DNA of 64,000 bases. Source: an uncultured Fibrobacteraceae bacterium. Its GTDB lineage: Bacteria > Krumholzibacteriota > Krumholzibacteriia > LZORAL124-64-63. Of this stretch, positions 63,589 through 64,000 are shown piece by piece. Position 1 is the stretch's first letter, and every line of letters starts with the position of its first letter. Both the position numbers and the translations under genes were made by a program. Location: contig CAYQTJ010000001.1 in NCBI GenBank assembly GCA_964420395.1, positions 17,006 through 81,005 of the forward strand. The letters are read 5' to 3'. The notes under the pieces were generated by a model, which ran no database searches, was not told the DNA's origin, and saw only the letters and a program-made list of their open reading frames with translations.

Positions 63589-64000
63589 GCGCCGCCCACG
63601 GCGAGGAACACCGCATTCTGCTGGCCGGGCCACCGGGCGGAGCGTGCGAGAAGATCGCCGCGACGCTGCGGCAGGCCGGCTACGCCTGCCTGCGCGCCGG
63701 CACCGGTCCGGAAGCGATCAGCCTCTTCTGCGTCGAAACGCCCCCGGTCGTGCTGATCGACGTCGATCTGCCGGGGGGGGGCGTGCTCGTCTGCCGCGAC
63801 CTGTTCGAAGCCGAAGCGGGGATCGACACGATCGTGCTGATGCTGCTGCCCGACAACGAGCAGGCGACGCGCGAAGCGGCCTTCGCCGCCGGCGCCCACG
63901 ACGCCTTCCCCCGCGACTGCGGACCGCAGGAGGTCCTCGGGCGGGTGGCCTACGCGCTGCGCGGCTGGGCGGTCTCCGCCGACCTGCGGGTGCGCAACCT
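63585..64000 (+). CDS. Receiver-like (pseudo-receiver?) domain protein, 3' end outside the window
   Basis: ATGA overlap with the upstream gene, and the frame stays open to the window end. It has the REC fold pattern (ILLAG..., VVLIDVDLPGGG, IVLMLLP, GAHDAFPRD). The DD pair, T/S and K positions appear substituted. Confidence 0.6.
   Translation, partial: MSAAHGEEHRILLAGPPGGACEKIAATLRQAGYACLRAGTGPEAISLFCVETPPVVLIDVDLPGGGVLVCRDLFEAEAGIDTIVLMLLPDNEQATREAAFAAGAHDAFPRDCGPQEVLGRVAYALRGWAVSADLRVRN

Noticed and set aside
55485-63633. The 5' 1.2 kb of ORF 55485-58541(+), and the antisense giants 56421-60851(-) and 60577-63633(-).
   Set aside because: The 5' extension overlaps the alpha/beta-hydrolase gene out of frame and is Arg/Pro-rich, whereas a good RBS precedes ATG 56682. 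The antisense ORFs have shadow-ORF composition.
1-64000. tRNA, rRNA, CRISPR, transposase, integrase and toxin-antitoxin or classical defence genes.
   Set aside because: I scanned for T-loop-like GGTTCGA(A/G)TCC motifs, spaced repeat arrays and characteristic protein motifs, and found none. This absence is based on inspection by eye and should be confirmed with tRNAscan-SE, Infernal and defence-system HMMs.

Overview
This is a 64-kb chromosomal segment from a very GC-rich bacterium (over 70% GC by eye, with strong GC3 bias). The bacterium is Gram-negative, judged from TolC-type outer-membrane factors, two RND tripartite pumps and a beta-barrel-like outer-membrane protein. Two large secreted proteins end in the same FlgD-Ig/T9SS-type C-terminal domain. 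That fits an uncultured FCB-type or Gemmatimonadota/Eisenbacteria-like lineage, but this is inference only.

I can support about 50 protein-coding genes. I found no rRNA, tRNA, CRISPR array, transposase or integrase. Gene content from left to right:
- An HMG-CoA-lyase-like, family-III CoA-transferase and LeuCD-like dehydratase cluster.
- A czcCBA-type heavy-metal RND pump preceded by a small Cys/His protein.
- A TrmH methyltransferase, a thioesterase and ggt.
- A 993-aa secreted protein.
- A second (HAE1-type) RND pump.
- A nitroreductase, tag, a membrane-domain/P-loop NTPase fusion and a phosphoesterase.
- A WYL regulator next to a nucleoside-salvage block (nupC, udk, hpt, guaB).
- A CBM9/DUF5916-like outer-membrane protein.
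- An FHA-GAF-PP2C phosphatase.
- A His-less CarH/LitR-like regulator divergent from folE.
- A visibly lower-GC islet with a membrane-anchored XRE regulator.
- queG coupled to an AmmeMemoRadiSam-type radical SAM enzyme, and queF coupled to an SDR.
- A 1049-aa S8 protease.
- A homologue of the eukaryotic tRNA-queuosine mannosyltransferase (DUF3524/GTDC1), with a HAD-IIA gene and an alpha/beta hydrolase.
- A signalling cluster (MCP-like protein, kinase-less CheA-like scaffold, HTH, STAS-GAF-HD-GYP, receiver) in which nearly every domain appears to lack its catalytic or phospho-acceptor residues.

The many very long Arg/Pro/Gly/Ala-rich ORFs on the opposite strands and in alternative frames are GC-driven shadow ORFs, and I rejected them. 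All domain calls come from motif recognition by eye; no searches were run.
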